From positions 45,933 to 109,932 of the forward strand of contig RBZT01000259.1 of NCBI GenBank assembly GCA_003693705.1: a DNA stretch of 64,000 bases, written 5' to 3'. Below, one piece after another: positions 52,625 through 64,000 of the stretch. Below the pieces are notes generated by a model. The model did not search any database. It was not told the origin of the DNA and saw nothing but the letters and a program-made list of their open reading frames with translations. Origin of the DNA: Polymyxa betae A26-41. Its lineage: Eukaryota > Protista > Endomyxa: Phytomyxea. The translations under genes were made by a program, and so were the position numbers. Position 1 is the stretch's first letter. Each line of letters opens with the position of its first letter.

Positions 52625-53554
52625 ATGCAGCATGATGATATGATATGGAGTGTTATATCCAAACAATTCTGTTCATTCAAGACCAAGACACGTACATCTG
52701 ATTTCTGTCGTAGCGAGGATAATGTTACTGGATTATGTAATCGTGTATCATGTCCACTTGCTAATTCACGTTATGCAACTGTTAAAGAGACAGATGGACG
52801 TATTTGTCTATGGGTTAAGACTATAGAGAGAGCACATTCTCCTTTAAATCTATGGAATAAGATTCAATTACCTGCTAATTATAGTCAAGCTCTTACTATG
52901 ATAGATACAGAGCTGGTACATTGGCCTGCACATATTATACATCGATGTAAACAGAGATTAACTAAGATACATCAATATCTTATTAGAATGAGAAAACTAC
53001 AGACTAAAGTCAGGTATGTAATGAGTAATTTATTTCTATACATTTGTGATGTTAATATATGATACAGACCTAAGCTGGTAGCTATTCATAAAAAGATTGA
53101 TAAACGTGAGGCAACACGTGAGATGAAAGCTCTAAAAGCAGCACGTATTACAGATAAGATTAAGAAAGAGCTATTAGAGAGATTACAACAAGGAACATAT
53201 GGAGATATCTATAACTTTCCTGTACATCAATATCAACAGGTATAATGACATTGTATATATACGAGTACGAGGATCTCATATATTTCATTTATATAGGCAT
53301 TGGATGAATTAGAACTATCAGATCAAGAATCTATGGACAATGAATTCGTAGAAGCATACGATGATGATGTATTTGATAATGATGATGATGATATTGAAGA
53401 TTATGATGTAGAAATGCCATCATCTGATGGTGATGATCATGACCAACAGATTGTACCAAGTCGTCCACGTAAAGGTCCTCGTGGTCCTTACGTTGAAATC
53501 GAATACGAATCAGAGCCAGCTGTTGCTGATCAACAGCTGGATGTTCATAACTAA
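52625..53554 (+). CDS. MAK16: Ribosome biogenesis protein MAK16
   Basis: [60 protein letters not shown]. Confidence 0.97.
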
Positions 53555-53626
53555 ATTCATTATATGTGCTGTTATACATACAGATAGATAATCATACAAT
53601 GATAGTAGAGATCTATTTACTATGCA

Positions 53627-54362
53627 TTACGGTTTCATTATATCTTGATATGCTTTAGATGAGATATTCCTCCATTTCTATCATTAAATCAGATAACCCA
53701 ATATGAATCTAGATAATGGATTTCAATATTTACCTGACGTAGATGTACAGCAGATCTATCTGCAAATTGAAACTGATTTAATATAGCTTGCCAGTCATTA
53801 CCATGTAAAGCAACACCACGTTTTAGATTATCTATCTCTTGTTGGGACCAATATCTATATGATCTACAGGCATGACCACCGCCTGGGCCAGTACTGCCAG
53901 CACCAAGACCAGATCCAGGATCTGTCATGGATTTCTTCAAGAATGTATCAGGTAATCTATATGCGCAATATATTAATGATCTGTCAGTATAATACTAATG
54001 ATTATACTGCTCTAGTAATAGATTACGTTGTGATCCTTCTGGTGTTAATCTCCATATAATATATACACATCCATTATATCTATATAATATACTATTCAGT
54101 GTTATATCTGTCTTACAGCAACTTATTACCTGAATCTAGCAAATGTACCTCTATCATAATCAGATAGATGCAGGAATATATTTCTATCTAATGTAGATAT
54201 GAGAGTCCATCCTTTACCTAATATATCTTCGTTATTGAATCTATCTATAATTTGATATATATCAGGCCATTGTGTAATTGGATCTATACATGTCTCTAAA
54301 CATGTTAATATTAGATCCAATACATGACCAGGCATATCATGATCTATAATACAGATCGACAT
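53627..54362 (-). CDS. Single C-terminal Myb (telobox/TRF-like) DNA-binding protein
   Basis: WSQQEIDNLKRGVALHGNDWQAIL...RSAVHLRQ|KWRN (telobox consensus LKDKWRN). Confidence 0.7.
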
Positions 54363-54487
54363 TATCAACACAAATGCAATAATATTACTACGAGATTCTA
54401 ATAGATTATAGACCACACATTTGTATATCTCCGATATAACATATAACAGATACCACTAATTCATTGTATTGATTGATTGAGAGAGAT

Positions 54488-55243
54488 TTAGGCTTCAGTA
54501 GTCTCTTCAGGACGTTCAACAACCTTGCCAACATCTTTCGAGAGACCAGCATGAATTTCCATAAGCTTTCCCGTATCAACTTTAGGAGCATGTAATGTCT
54601 TTACCTTACGAATGAATACATTCTGTAAGGGATAGATACCTTGACAGGCTTTCTCAATCTCCTTTCCAATAGTTTCAGGAATTAATTTCCCAATAAGACC
54701 CATAGCATCAACAGATGATACTTCACGTTCCATGATTTCAACCATCTTCTTACGAATAGCTCGAACTTGAGATGATTGAGCATATGATGTCTTACGAACT
54801 TGATTAGGACGTTTACGAGTAAATGCAATACAGAATACACGTAATGAGAATCCATCAGTTGTCTTAACATCAACATGAGCTTCAATCAATGTTTGCCATT
54901 TACGACATAGAGATCGAATCTTATCAGATGTAAGATCCATACCATAGAAATTAGTCAGACAGTTACGTCCTTGAACATCTTCAACACGAAGACGGAACTT
55001 GCGGAATGAATCATCTTCTCCATCCTTCTTAAGATCACCAAGAGAGATCTCAAATACACGACCACGAAGATTATCACCAGCAAGTTTGTTACCAGCAGAT
55101 CGCGTAACAACAGTCTTTCCAACTTGACGTACTTCAAATGCAACTGGGGCCTTCACGTCGTACCATTCCTTCTTAGCGAAAGGATCAGACACCTTCTTAC
55201 CGGCCTTCTTCTTGCCTGCACGTTTACCCTTGCCGGCCGCCAT
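54488..55243 (-). CDS. RPS3A: 40S ribosomal protein S3a (eS1), intronless
   Basis: [45 protein letters not shown]. Confidence 0.98.
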   Translation of the reverse strand: MAAGKGKRAGKKKAGKKVSDPFAKKEWYDVKAPVAFEVRQVGKTVVTRSAGNKLAGDNLRGRVFEISLGDLKKDGEDDSFRKFRLRVEDVQGRNCLTNFYGMDLTSDKIRSLCRKWQTLIEAHVDVKTTDGFSLRVFCIAFTRKRPNQVRKTSYAQSSQVRAIRKKMVEIMEREVSSVDAMGLIGKLIPETIGKEIEKACQGIYPLQNVFIRKVKTLHAPKVDTGKLMEIHAGLSKDVGKVVERPEETTEA

Positions 55244-55447
55244 TCCTTAGAATCAAACAGAATCTGATGGAGGTGAGAGGACCTCGTCAAGTCCGTCACG
55301 GACTCCGATCTCTCATGAAAATATTAGCGCTACATGAATATATATTGTCTGTTACAGTGTTAGAATTGTAGAAATTCATTCAATAGATGAAATATAACAA
55401 TATTACTCATTAATAATGTATAACAATATGTATTTATATTACAATCA

Positions 55448-56471
55448 TTATATACGGACCTGTATCAATCCATCTAATACCTTCTAGACCATCTGATAAC
55501 GACGTAGATCATTAAATAGAGATTCAATAATAGCATCGTCATGGAATTCAGGTGGTACTCGCCCTTGGCCAGAGGGATCTAATCGTTTCTCAATACGGCG
55601 TTGTAATGTATTGAGACTTGGTATCAGACATTTAGCTTCTTCAACTGTCTGAATATTTAAATTATTAATAGCAGCAATCTCAAATGGATCAAGATCACAA
55701 TATTTGTTAGGGACAGTATTACCCTAGTACAACATGATTAGAAGATGAACATTACCAATATTCATTTAATATACAAACAGGTTGTCAAATAGTAATTTTA
55801 TGGGCATGTTGAAATGAATGTCAGGAAAGGGTAAAAAATGATTCAAACGTAGATGATAATATCAATGAGAAATATTTCTATATAATTGCATAACAATAAA
55901 ACATAATCTGTAAACATGTTGGCGATTTCGAGTTATAGAGAAGCGTCTGGTACGTTGCAAGAAGCCTAATAATAAAGTTTTGAAGGATTGAAACTAGAAT
56001 ACGCCAACCATTAAAATAATAAGATAGAGAGTTTGAAATTGAAATGGATAGATATATGTGATAAATAAGAATATAAATGTAGATATTATAATATATATAA
56101 TAACATGTATATACATGTACCTGTTCATCAACTGTTTTGAATAATTCTCTAGCAGAAGCAATAGCCTCTTTAGTCTTATAATTGGAGAATTTCTGTACAT
56201 AGTTCAATGTTTGCTATATAATGATATATAAGAATATGCTGATATCAATATATATATATTATATATATACCTGTATCATTTGTGATGGTGCTGGACATTG
56301 ATCTTGATCAGCCTGTTTCTCTCTCTCTTGTATACCATGTAATACTATAAAATATGCCTCCGAATTAAATACACATCGGACCTTGGATCTATCAAATTCA
56401 GGTCCAAGCTCTAATGTAGATGCATCCTCTCCAAGACGACTATCACGGAATGATGCCGCCGTCGTCACCAT
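55448..56471 (-). CDS. RPB4: RNA polymerase II subunit RPB4
   Basis: EDASTLELGPEF, TLNYVQKFS, FEIAAINNL..TVEEAKCLIPSL; second intron 55724-56120. Confidence 0.88.
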
Positions 56472-57659
56472 TTGATTAATGAATTAATATACACCGTGGT
56501 ATTACATTCAGACAATATTCTTCAATTTAACTGATGATTGATCCACACATCAATATAGAAGATATTGTCATTATTAATATGATTGCATTCATTTATCTAC
56601 TATATAATATATCTTTCTATTACCATTAGTTAGGTATCAGAACATGTAACAAGATCTAAAATATCACATATTATTTATCATGATCATACAGCAAGTCCAA
56701 GGCTGTTGTAATATTTAGTAGAAAATGTCGCTATACTTGTCAATCAATAAAGATTCCTCATACAGTACAAATATTATCACCTACTGTATTCTATATGAAG
56801 AAATCTTTCTTAGAATATTCATAATCTCAATGTTATATCAGGGATTATAACCAGAATGCAATATATCTTAATAATGCTTAAAACTGGTCATTATCTGATA
56901 ATAGTTTTGCATATTTGATTAGATATTGTTATGCAAATGATGGATTGGATTGGATTCGACTACCGGTAGTTCGCTGATTTATAGTCAACAGGCGGCGCTC
57001 TTTCCAAAACGCATTGCTGGAAAATTTAGGCAAATTGCCTTCCAGAACCCCTACTACCGATTTCGGGGCGTTGCAATAATTCACCCGTTTAAATAATTGT
57101 TGATCGTAAACGGCCCTATCAGCAGGACCTAAGAGAGCCTTGATAAGGTAAGGTAGGCACCGGCCTAATCCAACAGGGACCCGTTATACAAATAAGAGAT
57201 ATTATATGTCAGTTGTCAGCAATATAATAACATGCAGTAATGCATTATTAATTATATGATGTGGTCAAGTGCAACAATTAGGTTATTGTAGAGATTTATT
57301 AGACCTGTTAGTTGCAATAAAACCTCACTTGTCAAGTATTACATTTCTATAGACTCTATGTGTAGTACATTTATTGATGATCTGATCACTAGTTAGTATG
57401 TCTATTGATGTAAACTCAGGTAATGGGTCATGAACCCGGTAATACTGATGCTAATAAAGTGTCATTGGACCATGTATCTACTCCTAAACCGTTACAGGTT
57501 CCAGAAGCAGAATCATGACAATTGGACTCAGTTTGAAGTGGCATTAACGATTGATATTGGGGGCAAGGCCTGTATGGGCCTGCTAGAAAGGAATCATGGT
57601 TGACGTTTGGTATGCCATGTTGTTCAATGATTAGAGCCAAGTTAATAGGAACAAATTAT

Positions 57660-57990
57660 GACATGAATACTCGTGACATCGCATGGAAGGCGCTCAACGA
57701 CTTACATTGAGCAAAGGACGCGCAGACTGTTCGGTTATTGACTCAACAACTTCGATGAGAGAAATTGATGGAGGGAGAAAATCTATTCGCTTCACCTCAC
57801 CAAAATGTCAGAATTAGCTCGGAGACTCGGATATGCGGTTGGAACGAAAATCTCGGATGTCGATTTTTTATGACTACAGTTTGTTATTCGATTATGCAGG
57901 TGGAGAAGTACAAGAGCGATGTCGAAGTAATTCTCCAAAGTGGTGTGAAGGCTCCGAAGGATTTGATTAACAAATTATTAGGGGGTATCA
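57660..57990 (+). pseudogene. Degenerate Ty1/copia gag (UBN2-like) fragment
   Basis: AWKALNDLH*AK...LR*EKLMEGENL.(H)LTKMSELARRLGYAVGTKISDVDF with stops and frameshifts. Confidence 0.6.
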
Positions 57991-58249
57991 AAGTTCTGCA
58001 TTCGCCGGCTTTTAACTTCTGCTTAACGATTTAAAAGCGTTGAATTCTGCGAAGGGCTATCAAACTTGGCGCCCGTTTTTGATAGACACAAAAGGCAGAA
58101 TCGATTTACAGCCATGACGCGAGAATCAATTAGGCGCCATGTATTGGACGACGCTGAGCGGTGTCTGGGGTCACTGATGATGCAGGATACCTTCTTTTGA
58201 TACGAGCAGCCAGATTGTTACGATTTGCCTATAAACTGATGCAGTTTAT

Positions 58250-58610
58250 TTCCCGTATTCGTCAAGTTGACAGAAAATCAGAAATAGGTCGCATTTCTAT
58301 CGATTCTAAGGATGTATGTAATCTTCCTCCTTCTTACCGGATTGTTCAACTGCTTTCGCGGTGCTGTAGTAGCCACAGAAAGCACTGAGAGCAGGTTGTA
58401 GATCCTTCTTCCAGCGGTTTTACAGACCGCACCCAGATCTCTCTGTCTTGTCAACGAATTTCTGAAACTGATGGAATACCTTTTCCCAGTATTGTGTGGC
58501 AGATTGATCTGCTCCTGTCAGATGATCATGACTGATGGCACAATGGATCTGGTGAGGAACATGTCCATGCTTTGCCCTTTCCCATGCTGTTGCTAAATTC
58601 GGAGAATAAA
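58250..58610 (-). pseudogene. PIF/Harbinger accessory Myb/SANT (NAM-associated type) remnant
   Basis: LATAW...ISHDHLTGADQSATQYWEKV...ERS / KNRWKKDLQPALSAFCG...SG; frameshifted. Confidence 0.6.
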
Positions 58611-58935
58611 GAATGCGGAAATTTATCAAAATTGTTTGGAAATTCGAAGAACTTTCTGTATAGATTTCTATTAGCTTTGAGAGCTATCAGGAGCAGAATA
58701 GCTCCGAACGGCGCAAAATCTAATTTTATATGTAGTATAGCTTTTGGCTCGGCGGTGGCGAAGCTACACTGGAAGCAAGGTAACTATTATGAACGAAGAA
58801 CAGGAACGTGAATCTTATAAGTAAAGAGTTATTATTGCAACAAACTGCGCCCATTCAGTACAGACGCAGAATTTGTTGCGGCACTCACGCAAAAACTGTT
58901 CATCTATTTCTTGATAAATTGATGGGCGATTTACT

Positions 58936-59524
58936 TTGACCGCAATTTCTGAAATTGTCCGAGGCGTCTATTTACTTGAACCAGGGTCTAATTCTAGCAC
59001 CAATAATCTTCTCAATATCGCGAGATGCAGTATCATACGCGAACTGATTCAAAATTTCCTCAGTAAGATTGAGAGAACTATCAGAATAAAACTGGATGCG
59101 ATCCCCATGTTTCTTTTTTATCACTTTCATGAGTAAATTCTCAACAGAGAAAACATAGCCCTTATGAGTATCAACTACTCTAAATGGACCTTGCCATAAT
59201 AATGATAATTTATTGATTTGCTTTCTTTCAGGAACTGCAACCAAGACATCATCACCGATTCCAAAGTTAGGAAAGAATCGATTGCGAGATGAGTTTTCTC
59301 TATGTCGCAACCTTTCCATTTCAGTGATATGATAAATATCTTTATGCATATTAGTTAGGCTTTCAATTAATTTATAGGTAGCCTGTGATATAACATCAGA
59401 TTCCACCTCAATTGGACTAATAGTTCCAATTTCTGGATGAAAAAAGATCGAATCGAGTGGGTTGTCAGCTGATAAACCAGTCATGACTGTAATAGGTGCG
59501 CGACCCCCCAAGCGCTGTTGCGGC
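58936..59524 (-). mobile_element. Ty3/gypsy integrase C-terminal fragment with start of a chromodomain
   Basis: LGGRAPITVMTG, FGIGDDVLV...KLSLLWQGPFRVV, HGDRIQFY, DIEKIIGAR; truncated by the adjacent DNA transposon. Confidence 0.8.
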
Positions 59525-59561
59525 CTAGAGGCTACGGTATTTCTCGCAAAATAGTATGAAT

Positions 59562-60785
59562 CTAAAACCTTAACTTATTTTTTATCACTGCAAGAAAAGC
59601 AAATAATTTTTTATCACTATTTTTGAGTTTTGCAACACTTGTACGCCAGTCAAAAATCGGCTCCTCAGCCAAAAGCAGCTGCACGAGATTGGCACAGGCC
59701 GTAAATACAATCGGATGGAAGTCGCGCCCGTGGCGAAAATACTTCACGCCAAGACAGCCAAATGTTTTCAGTCGACTGTTCACTGTTTCATGACGAGCTG
59801 CAATGACATGCAATTCCATGTTGATTGCGTTTTCTTCAGGGCTTGGATTTCGGAACGGTGTCATCATTCGAGAGCGGCCATCTCGGTAACCTAAATCCGC
59901 GCAAGCCATTTCATCATCAATCATACGACGGATAATATTATTTTGGGCCAGTTTTAAATCAGGCCAGAGACCGGCAGGAACAACACCTCCTGCAATGTCA
60001 ACTATTTTTGAACAGCCCAAAGCTGCCGCAACTTCATAGCGCAGAGCTGCATGTTTCATTTTGTGAGAAAAGTCGTCCTTTGTCCAGGTACTTTGTTCGA
60101 ATACGGCGAAATCAACTCCGTCAACATAGCATGATGGCTGAATGCAGTTCCAGCCGTCAAAACGATCCTCCCAAAAAATCTATCACTAAGTTAATCTACC
60201 TGTTTCACGGACGGTCTGACAAAAATAAATAATCTCAAAATTTGTATCATATCACACATCGCTGGGCACTTTCGTAGGCCAATAATACTTCATTTTATAG
60301 CGCTACTTTGAGATCTCGATGTTAAGATTGCAATGATGAATGCAGAATGAATATATTAGATGGATACAAGCCCTTATATATCACTGAGATCGGAGGTTAG
60401 CTCGGAACTCGGAGAGATTCCGATTAACGGAGTTTAGTCAGGTCCGATCGGAGGTTAGTCAATTATTGCGTATATATTGACACAATTTTCACCTACCAGC
60501 TCTAACTCTGAGATTGCGTGAACTACTGAAGTTACCCATTTCCGCCATGTTTTTTGTGTTACATCGAACACGCAGGTCGCTACGGTCTCTGTTGGGTAAA
60601 CTTTGAGAAAAAACATTGCCCATAGAAGATGTTCTCTTTTAAAATGCCCAGGGTAACTAAGCTGTAGAAGTTCCCAGAGTGAGATCAGGATTTGAACGGA
60701 ACCGTTTACGCCAGGAGAGCGTTTGCGTCTCCCTTCCCAAGAGCGATTCTGCTCTGGTCATAAACCCACGTGAATCAGCAGACAT
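59562..60785 (-). pseudogene. DDE_Tnp_4-type transposase; one intron (~60180-60496); frameshift near 60690
   Basis: HLLWAMFFLKVYPTE..TWRKWV; IFWEDR..VDGVDF; SHK..ALRYEV; ADLGY; ARHETVNSRLK. Confidence 0.85.
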
Positions 60786-61343
60786 GGACGAATGCAGTTA
60801 GAAGGCTGATGATTGAGTCCATACGTAAACCCTCCCGCCCTCCGCACAATTTTTTGGCGCAAAATGCGCAAAGGAGTGCAAAAAGTCTATTTTTTTTATG
60901 TTTTTGTCATCCCGTCGTTTGCGTATGATGACAGCTGTGACTTTGTTTCATAGATTAGATTCACTGCTGACACATATCCAAGAATCTGAGCTATCCATTA
61001 AAATTTGAGCGAGCGGGAACCATTAATTGGCCCGCAAAGCGAACCGCACAGACGCAATCATTACGCAAAATAAACTCAAGTCGCGCAAAGCGTCGCAAAA
61101 ATTCCCAAACAATTCGTAGCGCAAACGGCGCAAAATGCCAAAGGCTGCAATCATTTGTGAAGGCGGCGCAGTATTTTTGGCGGGCTTTTAAAATCTATAT
61201 TTAGCTCTAGCAAACACATGGGTCTAACGTCAGGATGTAGCCCTCCGTCATCCCCCGGTGTTTGCGGATTCCTCTCTTCTGGCAGACGTTGTCCTGGAGG
61301 TCGCCATTCTTCCAATTGCTGACCAATCAAACGTATCAGAATC

Positions 61344-62161
61344 ATGCCTCCCAAGAACGTTGGCTTAAAATCAGAACACTGGCTTGAATCCTCCCACACT
61401 CCAGCTTTGATCAAGGTCATAAAAGATTACGACTCTCGTGAGGACCTGAAACTAGCCGGACCTCTCAACACAGCAACCGTGAAATCCATGGAGCCTCTAC
61501 TTGAGGTGTTCAACTCGAACGCGGTGAACGGCCGATTAAAAAAAATGATCAAAGAGCTCCAAAAGAAAGGTAGGGTTTTAGGGTTTTTGTGAAATTTCGC
61601 ATAATCATACCGTCACTAGGGGATTTATCGCCAGACCCTACCGACGACACCGACGCTGATGATGTACCATCTCGCATCCTATGAACTGGAAAAAAGAGAC
61701 CTGCTCCAACCAGTACACCATTACCTCCAACCACCCCACACAAAAAACTGTGTGCTCTGGATGTCAAGACCGCGATGACACCGGAAATATCCAAATCCAT
61801 TGCTGCGCATAATAATGTGTGCTTCAATGAGCTTATCCGTTATCGAGCAGACTGTCGGGAGCGAATCTGCCTTATTGTGTGCCTGGTTACAGGTCGCGCA
61901 GTTACGGCCAAAGTCGCAGAGGACGGAAGTCATGTCTTGCTCACACTGCAACAGAGCACTGTCGACCCGGTCGGCTACGTGGACCCCGTCCATATAAATG
62001 ATATCTTGAATGACCCGCAAAGTAAGGCGATTGTACATTACTTTCAAGGCCATGAGCCTCAGATTTTCCAAATTACCATCCCGTTACCGTCAGCGGTCGT
62101 CCCAGAGGTTCCGGATCTGCGATATATCAAATCAAAAAAACCGGTAATACCATCCGGCTAG
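61344..62161 (+). pseudogene. Transposon accessory ORF (intron ~61570-61619; in-frame TGA at ~61682)
   Basis: Lies inside the TIRs, divergent from the transposase; the two ORFs join in frame via a GT-AG intron with one stop. Confidence 0.55.
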
Positions 62162-62284
62162 TCATTGACATGGCAGTTCAGCCGCCCAAACAGGCTGCCG
62201 AATTTTCGGTAGTAATTGAATAACTTCATTTTTTTATAAAAAATATCATTTTAAGAAATCTGCGTAACTTACCGTAGCCTCCTA

Positions 62285-62550
62285 CCGTAGACTCTCGCAT
62301 AATTGATTCTCTCATACTTGATACTCTCGCATATGTAATATTTTTCTGTCTCCCGAGCTGGTTTCTATGAGCATAATTAATAATCTCGCATAATTCATAA
62401 TTTATATGATTGGTCGAAAAATTAGTTATGAGAGAGTAAATAAACTTTTGGTATTTCTGCAAAAATACCTGTTTGCCGATGTTGTATTTGGAGAAAAATG
62501 ATTCAATCGTTTGCTGTTTCAACGTGCATTGCTTGTTTAACATCTCTTAT
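62285..62550 (-). mobile_element. pogo/Tigger-like (Tc1/mariner) element 3' end
   Basis: TA followed by CCGTAGACTCTCGCATAATTGA terminus with repeated CTCGCATA; C-terminal KQQTIESFF typical of pogo/CENP-B transposases. Confidence 0.6.
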
Positions 62551-62641
62551 GTCATGCCCATTGAGCATGACAGTGCTCGCAGTCGTACTGGCCCTTCCTG
62601 AGGGGCTGCGCAGAGGGCTGCGCCCCTGCTGACGATTCCTA

Positions 62642-62727
62642 NNNNNNNNNNNNNNNNNNNNNNNNNNNNNNNNNNNNNNNNNNNNNNNNNNNNNNNNNNN
62701 NNNNNNNNNNNNNNNNNNNNNNNNNNN
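62642..62727. other. Assembly gap (N run)
   Basis: Run of Ns. Confidence 0.99.
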
Positions 62728-62734
62728 ACCGGCA

Positions 62735-62895
62735 CCGCTCCGTACGCCCTTCCTACGCTCCACTACGATCCCCTCACCGCTCCACTCCGACCTTCTCTCC
62801 GCTCCACTCCGTGCCCCACCGCTCCGCCTCCGAGGACTCCCTGACGTCGCTCCGTTGCAGGACACCGGTCCCCCGCGTCCTACCCTCTGCTCCCG
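62735..62895 (+). repeat. C-rich low-complexity CGCTCC/CTCCG repeats beside the gap
   Basis: Multiple cgctcc and ccgctccactccg units. Confidence 0.5.
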
Positions 62896-64000
62896 AGTCA
62901 TCGCACCGCTTATCTAACCAATAAAAGGGGACTTTTTACTCGATCCTAACATCTTACTAGCGTGTCTACCGATGAGACACCTACACGATTCCTTGATTAC
63001 AAACAGAGCAGTAATCCATCATGACAGAGAGTACGGTAATTAACCAAGACAATTTCAAGTCACGTCAGCCACCCAAAAGATCGAATCATAAATGAGGAGG
63101 AGCAAAATGCGATTCCTTTGACGTGAAACCCTAGCGGCCAAACGGATTCTGGAAGAAAATACAAGGAAAGTCTTCCAACTGGAAAATGCGTAACGCATTT
63201 AATGACACGGTGTGTGGACTGGCGTAGCGCGACTCAACAACATGAACTATTTGGCCGATGAACTTCAGTCGCCGAGATGAATATTTAAGGGATCTACTAT
63301 CTGATATATAAAATATAGCGTTTTATTTCTTCGATTATCAAAAGGTTGGAGCTTACACAGAGATCTTTGTAGTTCGACATCCGACATGGACAAACAAAAC
63401 GTTGAGAGCATTGAAGCAGTTGAGAAGCAAATCCTTGATGATCTAGCGAAGATTGATCGAATTCGCTCTGATTGCATGGCGGTAGAGGAGGCGAAATCTA
63501 CAGTAAGCTTTTCGTTTAGAACGATTACTGACCATGAAGAAATTGGCTCCTCGAGAAACTGTTTCTTTTAAGCATAAGTTTACTCGCTATAAGGAAAGTT
63601 GTTGGAGTTGACAGACTCCGTGCGATCGCGTGCTATCGATCGTACCGTACTAATGGGGCATGCGACCCTAGTAAATAATTAGACATGATGTTAGGCCCCA
63701 TCTAACGCATGCTCTAATGGCAGTAGGGCTATCTTGACGCTTCCCCGACGCTGTTACGTTACCAAGTAGAACCCCAAGTTCTTAACAGGTTATGGGCCCA
63801 GCTAAGGGGGCCGGGCGGCTCGGGTTTGAAGCTGCCGGTGCGGTCAAGTTGAGATCTCCTTTGGGGATGACTTCGGTCATGGAGATGCTCGTGAAAGCGA
63901 ACTGTCAAGATGATGATCGTCAATGGATGAGGTGTGTCGTTTGTCTCCTACGTGAACAAAGGCTTTACAATTGAGAACACAATTGAATTATGATTTATTT

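Larger units (their letters stand above)
59528..62281. mobile_element. PIF/Harbinger-superfamily DNA transposon (2754 bp) with 12-bp TIRs and CTA target-site duplication
   Basis: GAGGCTACGGTA at 59528-59539 and TACCGTAGCCTC at 62270-62281; CTA at 59525-59527 and 62282-62284; encloses a DDE transposase and a divergent second ORF. Confidence 0.85.

Noticed and set aside
63386-63571. Short coiled-coil-like ORF
   Set aside because: No recognisable family and no supportable splice structure
63615-63675. GC-rich stretch followed by CTAGT, like a Helitron 3' end
   Set aside because: Hairpin imperfect and wrongly spaced; no Rep/helicase evidence

Overview
Gene-dense eukaryotic DNA (standard code; mostly ~45-55 nt GT-AG introns; very short intergenic spacers) from a flagellated protist. 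A compact genome with an RSP2-like flagellar gene would fit a phytomyxid-like rhizarian, but this is only an inference. About 30 genes lie in 1-56.5 kb. Housekeeping genes: EMC1, 6PGD, RPL21, acyl-CoA oxidase, aquaporin, ADO/PCO, MRE11, FolC, PUS10, MTFP1, ALDH9, MAK16, RPS3A, RPB4. Endomembrane genes are numerous: MON2/BIG-like, MABP-Sec7-PH-FYVE-like, UMA-UBA-UBX, VHS-GAT, BEACH/WDFY3-like, LMBRD2-like, GOST/GPR107-like. There are also two small secreted orphans. From ~57 kb the window is a nest of decayed transposons: copia gag, a Harbinger accessory remnant, a gypsy integrase, a PIF/Harbinger-type element with both TIRs and a TSD, and a pogo/Tigger end, followed by an assembly gap. The most unusual items are the odd domain fusions (UMA-UBX, MABP-Sec7, DEP-pseudo-oxidoreductase), a His-rich secreted protein, and the two-gene transposon with an atypical accessory ORF. 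All domain calls are by eye, and exon boundaries were inferred manually.
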